A DNA stretch of 55,832 nucleotides, taken from NCBI GenBank assembly GCA_963836205.1, contig CAWIIV010000009.1:1-55832 (forward strand), read 5' to 3'. Below are positions 20,658 through 29,725 of this stretch, one piece after another; position 1 is the first letter of the stretch; every line of letters begins with the position of its first letter. The notes under the pieces were generated by a model. The model was not told the DNA's origin. It saw only the letters and a list, made by a program, of their open reading frames with translations, and ran no database searches. Position numbers and translations under genes: made by a program. This DNA is from an uncultured Acidimicrobiia bacterium (GTDB lineage: Bacteria > Actinomycetota > Acidimicrobiia > Acidimicrobiales > AC-14).

Positions 20658-21330
20658 CGTCGTCATCCCCGTCCTCAACGAGGCCGGCGCCCTGCCCGAC
20701 CTGCTGGCGGCCATGCCCGCCGGCTTCACCGCCATCGTGGTCGACAACGGGTCGGAGGACGGGTCGGCCGACCTGGCCCGGGCGGGCGGGGCCCGGGTGG
20801 TCGACGAGCCCCGCCGGGGCTTCGGTGCCGCCTGCTGGGCCGGTCTGCTGGCCGCCGACGGGCCCGACGGCGTCGTGTGCTTCATGGACGGCGACGGGTC
20901 GTTCGACCCCTCCGACCTGCGCCGGGTGGCCGGACCCATCCTCGAGGGCCGGGCCGACCTCGTCCTCGGCGCCCGGTGCCCCACCCGCCGGGGCGCCTGG
21001 CCGGCCCACGCCCGCCTGGCCAACAAGGTCCTGGTGGTCGAGATCCGGCGGCGGACGGGCGTGCGCCTCCGCGACCTCGGGCCGATGCGGGCCGCCCGCC
21101 GGGAACCGCTCCTGGCCCTCGGCATCGAGGATCGCCGGTTCGGGTGGCCGTTGGAGATGGTGCTCCGGGCCGCGGCCGGCGGGTGGCGGGTGGAGGAGAT
21201 CTCGGTGCCCTACTCGCCGCGGGTAGGGAAGTCGAAGGTGACCGGGACGGTCAAGGGCACCGTCCGGGCGATAACCGACATGAGCAGGGTTCTCCGAGAC
21301 GTCGGGGTGGGTTCTCAGGGACGGGGATGA
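20650..21330 (+). CDS. GT2 glycosyltransferase (polyprenol-phosphate sugar synthase-like)
   Basis: VIPVLNEA, VVDNGSEDGS, FMDGDGS, DLGPMRA, GKSKVTGT. Confidence 0.92.
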   Translation: MPDVVIPVLNEAGALPDLLAAMPAGFTAIVVDNGSEDGSADLARAGGARVVDEPRRGFGAACWAGLLAADGPDGVVCFMDGDGSFDPSDLRRVAGPILEGRADLVLGARCPTRRGAWPAHARLANKVLVVEIRRRTGVRLRDLGPMRAARREPLLALGIEDRRFGWPLEMVLRAAAGGWRVEEISVPYSPRVGKSKVTGTVKGTVRAITDMSRVLRDVGVGSQGRG

Positions 21331-21354
21331 TCCGCTCGGCGAGGCGGCGTCGTA
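21328..21354 (+). promoter_or_regulatory. Possible ECF (SigK-like) promoter for the lipoprotein gene
   Basis: TGATCC-N16-TCGTA upstream of 21389; resembles the SigK-type CCATCC...CGAA promoter; weak. Confidence 0.3.
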
Positions 21355-21388
21355 GAGCGGGTTACACACCGAGAGAGAAAGAGAACCC

Positions 21389-22588
21389 GTGAGAATTCGA
21401 TCAAAAGCAACTGCCGCCGCCTTGCTCGCCGCCCTCACCCTGGTGGGTGCCGCCTGTGGCGACGACTCGTCCGATGAGGCGACCACGTCGTCCGCCTCCG
21501 CCGACATGGTCACCGCCATCCCCAGCCTGTCGGGCGTGGGCACGTCGGTCACCCTCGACGGTGGCACCGCCGCCGCCCTGACCTCGCTGGGCGTGGCCAT
21601 CGCCCCCTCGGGCAGCGCCACCTTCGACGCCGCCACCTCCACCATCACCTTTCCCATCACCGCCGGCTACGCCGAGATCCACTCCGACCTGAGCTTCAAG
21701 CCCGGCTACATCCTCGGCTCCATCGACCACGCGGGGAGCGGCTTCACCCTCACCGCGGGCTCGACCAAGGTCGAGCTGAGCGACTTCGTGGTCGACCCCG
21801 GCAACTCGGTCCTCTACGGCACCGTGGGGGCCACGCCCATGATCCCGCTGCTCGACCTCGACGGCACCGCGGTCAAGGTCAGCACCGAAGACGGCAACGT
21901 CGTGCTCGACGGCACCGTGGCCAAGCTCACCGACACCGCCGCCGGCGCACTCAACGACGCCTTCGACGTCGACGCCATCAAGGCGGGCACGCCCCTCGGC
22001 GTCGTGCACCTGGTGGCCAAGGGCGAGGCCACGACCTACGACGCCTCCACCGACAAGACGGCCGTCATCAGCCGCCTGGCCGGCACGTCCACCTCGGTGA
22101 CGCTCGACGCCGGCACCGCCGGTGCGCTGCAGAGCCTGGGCGTGGCCGTGGCCCCCGTCGGCTCGGCCAGCTTCGACGCCGCCACCTCCACGGTGAGCTT
22201 CCCCATCACCGGTGGCTTCGCCGCCATCCACTCCGACCTGGGCTACAAGCCCGGCTACATCGCAGGCACGGTCATCCACCAGGAGAGCGGCCTGCGCTTC
22301 TCCAAGGGCACCACGTCGATCGAGGTCACCGACTTCGTGGTCGACCCCGGAAACTCGATCCTGACCGCCTCCGCCGGGGGCAAGGCGGGCATCCCCCTCC
22401 TCTTCCTCGACGGCACCGCGGTCAAGGTGGGTAGCCAGGGCTCCGACGTCGTCCTCGACGGCACCGTGGCCAAGCTGACCCAGACCGGCGCCGACGCCCT
22501 CAACGGCACCTTCGGGGTCAGCGCCTTCACCGCCGGGCTGCCCCTGGGTGTGGTCCACCTGGTGGCCTCCGCCGCCTCCGCCGGCTAA
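21389..22588 (+). CDS. Lipoprotein with two tandem ~165-aa repeats (HtaA-like beta domain)
   Basis: Lipobox GAAC. Repeats 21527-22018 and 22076-22567 share TSVTLD, FPITxG, IxHxxSG, DFVVDPGNS, LGVVHLVA. Confidence 0.8.
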   Translation: MRIRSKATAAALLAALTLVGAACGDDSSDEATTSSASADMVTAIPSLSGVGTSVTLDGGTAAALTSLGVAIAPSGSATFDAATSTITFPITAGYAEIHSDLSFKPGYILGSIDHAGSGFTLTAGSTKVELSDFVVDPGNSVLYGTVGATPMIPLLDLDGTAVKVSTEDGNVVLDGTVAKLTDTAAGALNDAFDVDAIKAGTPLGVVHLVAKGEATTYDASTDKTAVISRLAGTSTSVTLDAGTAGALQSLGVAVAPVGSASFDAATSTVSFPITGGFAAIHSDLGYKPGYIAGTVIHQESGLRFSKGTTSIEVTDFVVDPGNSILTASAGGKAGIPLLFLDGTAVKVGSQGSDVVLDGTVAKLTQTGADALNGTFGVSAFTAGLPLGVVHLVASAASAG

Positions 22589-22602
22589 GGCCCGGCGCTC
22601 GG

Positions 22603-22638
22603 GGCCGGCACGACGGGCTTCGGCTCGCCGTGCCGGCC
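22603..22638. terminator. Hairpin between convergent genes
   Basis: GGCCGGCACG...CTTCGG...CGTGCCGGCC stem-loop. Confidence 0.5.
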
Positions 22639-22723
22639 TCGTCGCGTTCCGTGGCGGCGTCGAGCGGCGCTCTCCCGCTCCGCCGCCACGGCCTCTCGTG
22701 CAACCCGCCGGCCCGGACGGCGC

Positions 22724-24616
22724 TCAGACCGAGGGGGAGTTGGTCGAGATCATGACGACGTCGTCGTCGGGGCCGAGGGTGACCGGGTCGGATTTCTTGG
22801 GATTGATGACGACCGCCGCCGTTGCGCCCAGCCGGTACCCGAGGACCGACGCCCCGATGGCACCGCCCGCGGCGACCACGGTGGCATAGAGGACCGCTTC
22901 CGACCCCACCAGCTCGGGCGCGGGCCGCATCTCCAGGATCGCCCCCTCGGCGTCGAACAGGTCGTGGAACACCTCGTCGAGCTCCGCCCGCTCGGAAAGC
23001 TGCGCGATCAACAGGCTGGAGAGGGCGCCGCTGACGATCAGGTCGTCGACGCCACCGGGATCGGCCAGGGCCAGGTTCCGCTGGTCGAGGAGCTCGCCGA
23101 CGACCCGCACGTGGTCGACGGTGACGACCGGCCAGACCGACCGCATCGCCAGCAGCGTGAGGAGCGTCCGGGCGTCGGCGTCGTCGATCGACAGCGCGTC
23201 GCGGTAGCCGAGCACGATGACCTGGGTGGGCCGGGGCCCCTCGTAGAGCTGCCGGAAGGCTTCGGGGCCGCCGTCGCCGAGGCGCAGTTCGAGCGTGGAC
23301 CCGGGCAACGTGAGGTTCTGCATCGACTCGGCGTCGACGAGATTGCGATCGGCCACGATCACGACGGTCGAACCGGCGGGGAGGAACTCGGCCAGCTCCT
23401 TCAACACCATGGCACCGAAGCCGCTCCACCCGAGAATCACGACGCGTACCGGCTCTGGGCGAGCACGTTCCGAGATCGGGGGCGGGGGCGGGTCACCCTC
23501 CCGAAAGCCGGTGAAGGTCACCTTCGAGTCGTCCTCGGCCACGACGATGACCTCGTCCTCGGCTCCGAAAACGCTCTCGGGGGGCGGGTTGACCTTGACC
23601 TTCCCCTCGGCGGTTCTCCACCCGATGACGGAGGACTTCTCGAACGCCAGCAGCGCCTCGCGGTAGGTGTGGCCGGCGAGCTCGGGGATCTTGGCGAAGT
23701 ACATCTCGTCGCCGTCGAAGTCGAGCAGCTCGGTGAACACGGCGGACATCCCTCGCTGCAGGCACGCCTGGGCGGTGACCTCGGCGACGACCTGATCGGT
23801 CGACACGGTGAGCACCCGTCCGCCGGTGAGGGCTCGCATCATGCGGGTCGTGACGGGATCGATGAACTCGGCGACGACGTGGGCCCGCTCCAGCTTCCGG
23901 TCGAGGGAACGAACGGCGAGGACGGCCTTGACCACGCCCGCCTCGCCGGTGTCGTCGCGCACGACGATGACCGAGCGGGCGCCGGCGATGGCGGCCCGTT
24001 CGAGGTCGTCGGGATCGGACGGATTCCCGCTGCGGCAGACGACCCGGGTCGTACGGAGCTCGGGCACCGCGGCCCGGATGGCGTCCTCCACGACGGACTT
24101 GTCCTCGCGGGCGAGGACGACGATCGAGGCCCGCTTCTGGCTCTCGTTGGCGACCACCAGCTCGCTGATGATGGGCGGCACCCGGGACGACCAGCCGAGG
24201 ATCATCGTGTGACCCGACTCGAGCACCCGGCTGCGACCGAGTCGGAGCTCGTCGACCTTCTGATCGACGCCGTTGGCCAGGAGGCCGATCAGGGCGCCCC
24301 CGAGGAGGATCCCCGTCACGGTCACGGCGAGGCCGAACAGGCGGGTCGGCCACCCGTGGTCGTCGGCCGCTCCGGGATCGACGGTGCGGAGCACCGACTG
24401 CCAGAAGGCCTCGACGAAGTTGTCGCCCGTCCACAGGCCGGCCACGGTCGCGATCACTGCGGCCACGACGATCACGGCCAGGAAGAGGAGGCCGAGGTAC
24501 CCGATCACCACCATCGGGCCCCGGGCCATGGCGTTGTCGAATCGGTACCGGAGCCTGGCCTTGAGCGGCGATCGGGGCGCGGAGACGGGGGCTGTCGACT
24601 TCTCGGTCATTGTCAT
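22724..24616 (-). CDS. CASTOR/POLLUX-related ion channel with RCK domains
   Basis: RLRYRFDN, DPG pore-like motif, LRxGRSRVLESGH..ILGWS, ELLDFDGDEMYF; tandem RCK-like domains. Confidence 0.88.
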   Translation of the reverse strand: MTMTEKSTAPVSAPRSPLKARLRYRFDNAMARGPMVVIGYLGLLFLAVIVVAAVIATVAGLWTGDNFVEAFWQSVLRTVDPGAADDHGWPTRLFGLAVTVTGILLGGALIGLLANGVDQKVDELRLGRSRVLESGHTMILGWSSRVPPIISELVVANESQKRASIVVLAREDKSVVEDAIRAAVPELRTTRVVCRSGNPSDPDDLERAAIAGARSVIVVRDDTGEAGVVKAVLAVRSLDRKLERAHVVAEFIDPVTTRMMRALTGGRVLTVSTDQVVAEVTAQACLQRGMSAVFTELLDFDGDEMYFAKIPELAGHTYREALLAFEKSSVIGWRTAEGKVKVNPPPESVFGAEDEVIVVAEDDSKVTFTGFREGDPPPPPISERARPEPVRVVILGWSGFGAMVLKELAEFLPAGSTVVIVADRNLVDAESMQNLTLPGSTLELRLGDGGPEAFRQLYEGPRPTQVIVLGYRDALSIDDADARTLLTLLAMRSVWPVVTVDHVRVVGELLDQRNLALADPGGVDDLIVSGALSSLLIAQLSERAELDEVFHDLFDAEGAILEMRPAPELVGSEAVLYATVVAAGGAIGASVLGYRLGATAAVVINPKKSDPVTLGPDDDVVMISTNSPSV

Positions 24617-24772
24617 GTGAGACGTAGTTTTGCCGCAAAGACGGCGAGGCGTCGGAGGAAGCGACGATGCCCGGCGCTACCAGTTGGCGCCAGCCCGCGA
24701 CGCCGCCCGACGAGAACGCCTCTTGCTGCTCCTTCGGCTCGTGGATCGGCATGGTCGGGGCCGGACTCGGGC

Positions 24773-24838
24773 CCGGCGCAGGAGCTGGGCGTTCAGGGCG
24801 ACGACGATCGTGGACAGGCTCATGGGCACCGCTCCGAC
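24773..24838 (-). pseudogene. Remnant of the last TM helix of a heavy-metal (CopB-like) P-type ATPase
   Basis: Translates VGAVPMSLSTIVVALNAQLLRR, the typical P1B-ATPase C-terminus; rest of the gene absent. Confidence 0.7.
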
Positions 24839-24977
24839 CGGATCACCGACCCGACGGCGGGGGTCACTGGAGACCACCACCACCCCCGCCGAACCCGGAC
24901 GCCGTCCGACGGTCACGCGGCCAAGGTCGCCGAGCTGCCCATCTCACCCGCCGGGCTGGGTTTCGTCGTTGAAGCGG

Positions 24978-25481
24978 CTACACCAGCACCCAGTCGGTGA
25001 CGATCGAGACCGGCTCCACGCCAGTGCCCTGGCAACGGAGGCTCAGGGGGCCGGGAGGGAGGTCGTCGGCCGAGAACCGACCGGCCTCGTCGGCGGCGAC
25101 CGTCACCGATCCGTCGCGATGGCGGACGTCGATCCGCCCCGCCTGAGGCGGCACGAGTTGGCCCACGAGGCGGCACCGCGATCGGGCGGTGGTCGCCTCC
25201 ACCTCAACCGTGACGCCGGATGCCTCGAAGGTGAGCGATCGGCGTGCTGTCGCGCTGCCCCGCACCCCGGACCGTGAAAGGTCGCCCTCGATCGAGTCGT
25301 ACGTCAGCTCGGCCAGCTCGGCCAGCTCGGCGTCGAGCGTGCGCCAAGCGAACACGGCCTTGGCCGCCGCGATCATCTCCGCCGACGGCGCGTCGAGCGC
25401 ACCAAGGCGCCGCAGCTCCGTCATCAACTGGTCGTCGTCGAGATCGAGGGCGGGCACCGACCGATCGGCGGAATCGGTCAT
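24978..25481 (-). CDS. Putative ECF-partner / anti-sigma-like protein with C-terminal beta-sandwich
   Basis: AAKAVFAWRTLDAELAEL.YDS..GVRG, LVGQLVP, DEAGRF, IVTDW: pattern of proteins usually encoded after an ECF sigma gene. Confidence 0.7.
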   Translation of the reverse strand: MTDSADRSVPALDLDDDQLMTELRRLGALDAPSAEMIAAAKAVFAWRTLDAELAELAELTYDSIEGDLSRSGVRGSATARRSLTFEASGVTVEVEATTARSRCRLVGQLVPPQAGRIDVRHRDGSVTVAADEAGRFSADDLPPGPLSLRCQGTGVEPVSIVTDWVLV

Positions 25482-25906
25482 CGGGTCGCCATCGTCAGGC
25501 GTCCGCCGACCGTTTCCAGGCGACGGCGCATCGCGAGCCTCGTCACCCGAGGGATGCGGGAGCCGCGGGCAACCGCCTCCGGCCGGCTGCCAAGGCCTGC
25601 GAGCACCGCCCCATACTACGGCGCCGCGACCGTCCGGGACAGGTGCCTCTCGGACCGGAACGGGGTCCTCGCCACTGGCTCTGCGATCCCGCCGTCTGTT
25701 GCTCCATTGCCACATCGAGCACCGAACCGCCCACGTGGATACATCGAACACGGAGGATTTGGCTCACGACACGGGTTGGGCGCGACCCACCCGAGCCGGG
25801 GCCGGTGCGACCGCCACCCGGGAGGCCGGCCCGGAGACCGGTGTGGAGGACGAGCATGAGCCTCCGCGTCGGGCTGTCGGGCACTGGATCGGCCCGCGGC
25901 CGTTGG

Positions 25907-26371
25907 TCAGACCTGCTGGGCCAGGTAGAGGGGCTCGCCCAACTGCTTCACCAGCTCGAGCTGGGTCTCCAGCCAGTCGGCGTGCTCCTCCTCGCCGGAG
26001 AGAATCCCTTCCAGCAGCTGACGGCTGCCGCTGTCGCTCTCCCGCTCACACAGCTCCACGCCCGCCTGGAGGCGGGCGATGGCCTCCGTCTCCAGGGCCA
26101 ACGCCAACGTGAGCTTCTCGACGACCGTCTCGCCCACCTGGATCGTGCCCAGGCGCTGGAGGTTGGGGACGCCGTCGAGATACAGGATGCGCTCGATGAG
26201 CTTGTCGGCGTCCTTCATCTCGTCGATGGAATCGGCCTTGATGTGCTCGGCGAGGTGGCCGTAGCCCCAGTTGGCGCACATCTTGGCGTCGACGAAGTAC
26301 TGGTTGATGGCCGTCAACTCGGCGGTGAGCACGTCGTTGAGGACCTCGAGAACTGCCGGGTTGCCCTGCAC
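25907..26371 (-). CDS. bfr: Bacterioferritin
   Basis: [42 protein letters not shown]; GGAGG RBS before GTG 26371. Confidence 0.95.
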   Translation of the reverse strand: MQGNPAVLEVLNDVLTAELTAINQYFVDAKMCANWGYGHLAEHIKADSIDEMKDADKLIERILYLDGVPNLQRLGTIQVGETVVEKLTLALALETEAIARLQAGVELCERESDSGSRQLLEGILSGEEEHADWLETQLELVKQLGEPLYLAQQV

Positions 26372-26540
26372 TGGCCTACCTCCGTGCTCGGATGCGCAGC
26401 CGCATTCTACGTGGTGGTTCGGGCCGGCTCGTCGGAGCGGATGACCGTCTGCTGGCCCAGTCCGGCGACGCTCCCGGCGCCGCCGCGGCGCGGACGGACC
26501 GCTCGTGACTGCCCGGCACACGCGAGGCGTCCATCGTCGG

Positions 26541-26723
26541 TCAGCCGTCCGAGCCGGCGGGACGGTCGTGACGAACGACGTAGGGGCAGCCGGCCCGGAT
26601 GAGGGCGTTGGCCCGCGGCAACGGCAGGGGCCGGACGATCGGTCGGCGATGAGAGATGCCGGCCACCTCGGCCCTCACCCCGGCGTCGGAGATGGAGATG
26701 CGTACCCAGAGCACGCGCCGCAT
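26541..26723 (-). CDS. Small (60 aa) hypothetical protein upstream of bfr
   Basis: [28 protein letters not shown]...; lies between an IdeR-like box and bfr. Confidence 0.45.
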   Translation of the reverse strand: MRRVLWVRISISDAGVRAEVAGISHRRPIVRPLPLPRANALIRAGCPYVVRHDRPAGSDG

Positions 26724-26816
26724 GCCGAGCTCGAAGGCGTTGTTCTCGGGCGCACGAGCCGGATGACGAACCGCCACCTGGAACCCTAACCTCCGACATT
26801 CGACCTGGCGAACAGT

Positions 26817-26835
26817 TTGGCTTAGGTATTCCTAA
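26817..26835 (-). promoter_or_regulatory. IdeR/DtxR-like iron box
   Basis: TTAGGAATACCTAAGCCAA in an AT-rich gap, versus consensus TTAGGTTAGGCTAACCTAA. Confidence 0.65.
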
Positions 26836-26844
26836 CAACTAGAG

Positions 26845-27639
26845 TCAGGTGCCGATGCGGGCCTGGAGTGCCTGCTCCCGAGCGTCGGGGTCGAGGAGGG
26901 GGCAGTTGGTGCAGAAGGCCCCGGGGACGGCCTTGACGATCAGGCAGCAGGTGTTGCGCTCGTACACCACGGCCCGGCGATCGGCGTCGCCGGCCACGGC
27001 CACGACGCCGAGGCCCCGGAGGCGCGAGCTCGGGCGGTCGAGAAGCTCGCGGGCGGCCCGGGCGGCGTCCTCGGCGTCGCCGGTGAGGTCGCCCACCACC
27101 CTGGCCACACCCGACACGTCGGTGGCCAGGTCGCCTCGCAGCCCGCGCCGGCCGAGGCGCCACCGGGCGGCGACGGCAGCGTGGAGGGCGTCGAGGTTTC
27201 CGCCGAGGACGCGGTCCTCCCACCACGCGGCCCGGTCGGGGCCGGGGCCAGGCGGTCCGACGGCGGCCGAGAGCAGGGCGACCTCGCCCGGGTGGTGGCC
27301 GTGGACACGCACGGCGACGTTCTCGCCGCCGGGATCGGGTGCGACGCCCTCGAGGAGGAGGGGGCCGAGGGTGGCGGCGACGACGCTCCACCCCCAGAGG
27401 TAGCAGAACCGCTGCGCCGCCACCCGCGTCCGGACCGCCGGCGGGCTGCCTGGCGGGAACCCGGCGGCGGTGGCGGCCACCATGGCCTCCAGCGTGGGCG
27501 ACGGGCGGTCACCGTCCACCAGGTCGGCGACGGTGAACCACCCCTCCCCGACAGGGCAACCGACCTCGAAGCCGACGGCGTAGTGGCGGGCCCGGAGGCG
27601 GACGCCAAGTGCCGCCAGGTCGGGCTCGCTCAGCCCCAC
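26845..27639 (-). CDS. FhuF-like ferric-siderophore reductase (2Fe-2S)
   Basis: C-terminal RNTCCL-x8-CTNCP cysteine motif; last gene of the siderophore operon. Confidence 0.85.
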   Translation of the reverse strand: MGLSEPDLAALGVRLRARHYAVGFEVGCPVGEGWFTVADLVDGDRPSPTLEAMVAATAAGFPPGSPPAVRTRVAAQRFCYLWGWSVVAATLGPLLLEGVAPDPGGENVAVRVHGHHPGEVALLSAAVGPPGPGPDRAAWWEDRVLGGNLDALHAAVAARWRLGRRGLRGDLATDVSGVARVVGDLTGDAEDAARAARELLDRPSSRLRGLGVVAVAGDADRRAVVYERNTCCLIVKAVPGAFCTNCPLLDPDAREQALQARIGT

Positions 27640-28397
27640 GTGCGTTTGGGGTCGTCGAGGCGGAGACGGGTGAGGGCGAAGATCCCGAAGCCGGCCGCGA
27701 TCAGGGCGAGGACGACGATCGGCCGGGCGACGTCGCCCAGCGCGCCCCCGTCGAGGATGGCGGTGCGGTATCCCTGCATGGCCCAGTAGGTCGGGGAGAT
27801 GGGAGCGATGGGCTGGACCCAACCGGGGAGGACGCTGACCGGGACGAAGCCGCCCCCGATCCCGCCCAGCACCATCGCGCCCAGGTTGGTGACCGCGTTG
27901 ACCTGCTGGATGGTGGCCAGGGCGGCGGCCGCGGCCAGGGCCAGGGCGAGGACGGCGGCACCGAACGCGGCCGACACCGCGGCCATCGCCAGGCGGGAGC
28001 CGGTCGGCCGCATGCCGAGGAAGAGCAGCCCGTAGTCGAACAGGAGGAGGTGCTGGAGGCCGAGCAGGCCGGCGGGCACGGCCAGCTTGCCCGCAAGGAG
28101 CTGTCCCGACGGGATGCCGGCCGCCCGCAGCCGCACCCAGGTGCGCCACCCGTGCTCCCGGAACAGGCCGAAGCCGACCAGGGCCACCGCGAAGAAGGAG
28201 AAGACACAGACCATGCCCGGAACGGCCTGGTCGCCCCCCGACGCGTTCGGGTACCCCTCGGCGACCAGGGCCAGGCGAAGGGCCGGGGCGAGCAGGGCCA
28301 TCAGCACCATCGGCATGGCCAGGAGGAGGACCGCCGGCACCGGGTCGTGGCGGAGCAGCCGGAGCTCGTTGCGCACGACCGCGCCGGTGCCGGTCAC
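27630..28397 (-). CDS. ABC-2 exporter permease
   Basis: About six TM helices, ERxxxTWxRL-like motif (REHGWRTWVRL), SPTYWA; GTGA-coupled. Confidence 0.88.
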   Translation of the reverse strand: MTGTGAVVRNELRLLRHDPVPAVLLLAMPMVLMALLAPALRLALVAEGYPNASGGDQAVPGMVCVFSFFAVALVGFGLFREHGWRTWVRLRAAGIPSGQLLAGKLAVPAGLLGLQHLLLFDYGLLFLGMRPTGSRLAMAAVSAAFGAAVLALALAAAAALATIQQVNAVTNLGAMVLGGIGGGFVPVSVLPGWVQPIAPISPTYWAMQGYRTAILDGGALGDVARPIVVLALIAAGFGIFALTRLRLDDPKRTWG

Positions 28398-29725
28398 CGC
28401 CGCACGTCCGTGGTCGGGACCGGCGCGGCGGCGGTGTCGGGGGGCGCCACGGGCGATCGGCGCCATCGCGGTCGCCGCCGATCAGTCGGGCGCGCCGTGT
28501 TCCCCACCGTCTGTGGAGGATTAGGGGCGCCGGGCGCCCCTTTTGCCACCACGGACCGGTCGGAGGGGCGGATCGGGTCCGCCCCGTGGTCGGCGGCGGC
28601 CACTCCGGCCGACGGCGAGGACGGGCGCGCGGTGGGGGCCGCGGGCGGTCGGCGCCCCCGGCTACGCCGCCGACCGGTCGGCCGCACGGTGGTCCCCACG
28701 GTCGGTGGAGGAGTGAGGGCGCCGGGCGGGGCCGAGGCGAGGTTCGTGGTCGTGTTCGCCTCGGTCTGTTGAGGAATAGGCGCGCCTGGCGCCCCTTTTT
28801 CGCCCACAGACCGGTCGGCGGGCACCGGCGTGCCGGTCAGTTGGAGGTAGGCGGCCTCCAGGGACGGGCGGACGACCTCGACCGAGCGCAGGCGGGAGGC
28901 GTCGTCGCCGATGGCCAACAGCAGCGCGGCCAGGGCGGTGCCCGGGTCGCGGGATGGCAGGCACAGGCGGTCGTCGACCGCTCGGCCCTGCCCCAGCGGA
29001 AGCGGCGCGCCACCGTCGAACTCGAGGACGAGGAGGGGGTCGCCATGTTTGGCCACCAGCTCGTCGACGGGGCCGGCGGCCACGATTCGGCCGTGGTCGA
29101 GGATGGCCACATCGGCTTCGAGGCTCTCGATCTCGGTCAGGAGGTGGGTCGTGTAGAGGACCGACGTGCCGTCGTCGGTCAGCTTGCGGACCGCCTCCAG
29201 CAGCCGGGCCCGGGTGGGGACGTCGGCGCCGGCGGTGGGCTCGTCCAGCAATACGAGCGCGGGCCGGTGGACGAGGGCGATGGCGGCGTGCAGGCGACGC
29301 TGCTCGCCGCCTGAAAGCTGCCCTGCGGTCCGGTCGAGCAGGTCGACGAGCGCGAACGGCTCGGCCAACTCGACCGCCCGCCGGCGGGCCGCGCCCGACC
29401 GCAGCCCGCACATCTCCCCGAAGCAGCGCAGGTTCTGCTCGACGGTGAGGGCGGGGTAGACGCCGATGTCCTGGGGGGCCAGGCCGACCAGGCGCCGGTC
29501 GCGGGCCCGGCCCGACCGGGGGTCACGCCCGCACACCCGCACCGTTCCCGCGTCGGGCCGCACCAGTCCCGCGGTGATCGACACCAACGTGCTCTTGCCG
29601 GCCCCGTTCGGCCCCAGCAGCCCGAGCACCGTGCCCTCCTCGACGACCAGGTCGACCCCGTCGATGGCGAGGCGGTCGCCGTAGCGCTTGACGATCCCTT
29701 CGAGGACCAGGCGGGGCTCGCTCAC
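28394..29725 (-). CDS. ABC-2 exporter ATPase with repeat-derived C-terminal extension
   Basis: GPNGAGKST, LSGGEQRR, LLDEPT, PSLEAAYL; ~140-aa tail containing the palindromic elements. Confidence 0.9.
   Translation of the reverse strand: MSEPRLVLEGIVKRYGDRLAIDGVDLVVEEGTVLGLLGPNGAGKSTLVSITAGLVRPDAGTVRVCGRDPRSGRARDRRLVGLAPQDIGVYPALTVEQNLRCFGEMCGLRSGAARRRAVELAEPFALVDLLDRTAGQLSGGEQRRLHAAIALVHRPALVLLDEPTAGADVPTRARLLEAVRKLTDDGTSVLYTTHLLTEIESLEADVAILDHGRIVAAGPVDELVAKHGDPLLVLEFDGGAPLPLGQGRAVDDRLCLPSRDPGTALAALLLAIGDDASRLRSVEVVRPSLEAAYLQLTGTPVPADRSVGEKGAPGAPIPQQTEANTTTNLASAPPGALTPPPTVGTTVRPTGRRRSRGRRPPAAPTARPSSPSAGVAAADHGADPIRPSDRSVVAKGAPGAPNPPQTVGNTARPTDRRRPRWRRSPVAPPDTAAAPVPTTDVRR
28510..28555 (-). 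repeat. ~46-bp palindromic interspersed element, copy B
   Basis: TCCGTGGTGGCAAAAGGGGCGCCCGGCGCCCCTAATCCTCCACAGA. Confidence 0.8.
28765..28810 (-). repeat. ~46-bp palindromic interspersed element, copy A
   Basis: TCTGTGGGCGAAAAAGGGGCGCCAGGCGCGCCTATTCCTCAACAGA; inverted termini CGGTCTGT/ACAGACCG. Confidence 0.8.

Noticed and set aside
17298-21330. Arsenosugar biosynthesis call for DUF2064/GT2
   Set aside because: No ArsL radical SAM, ArsM or other ars genes are present; the context fits the generic actinobacterial glycosylation module.
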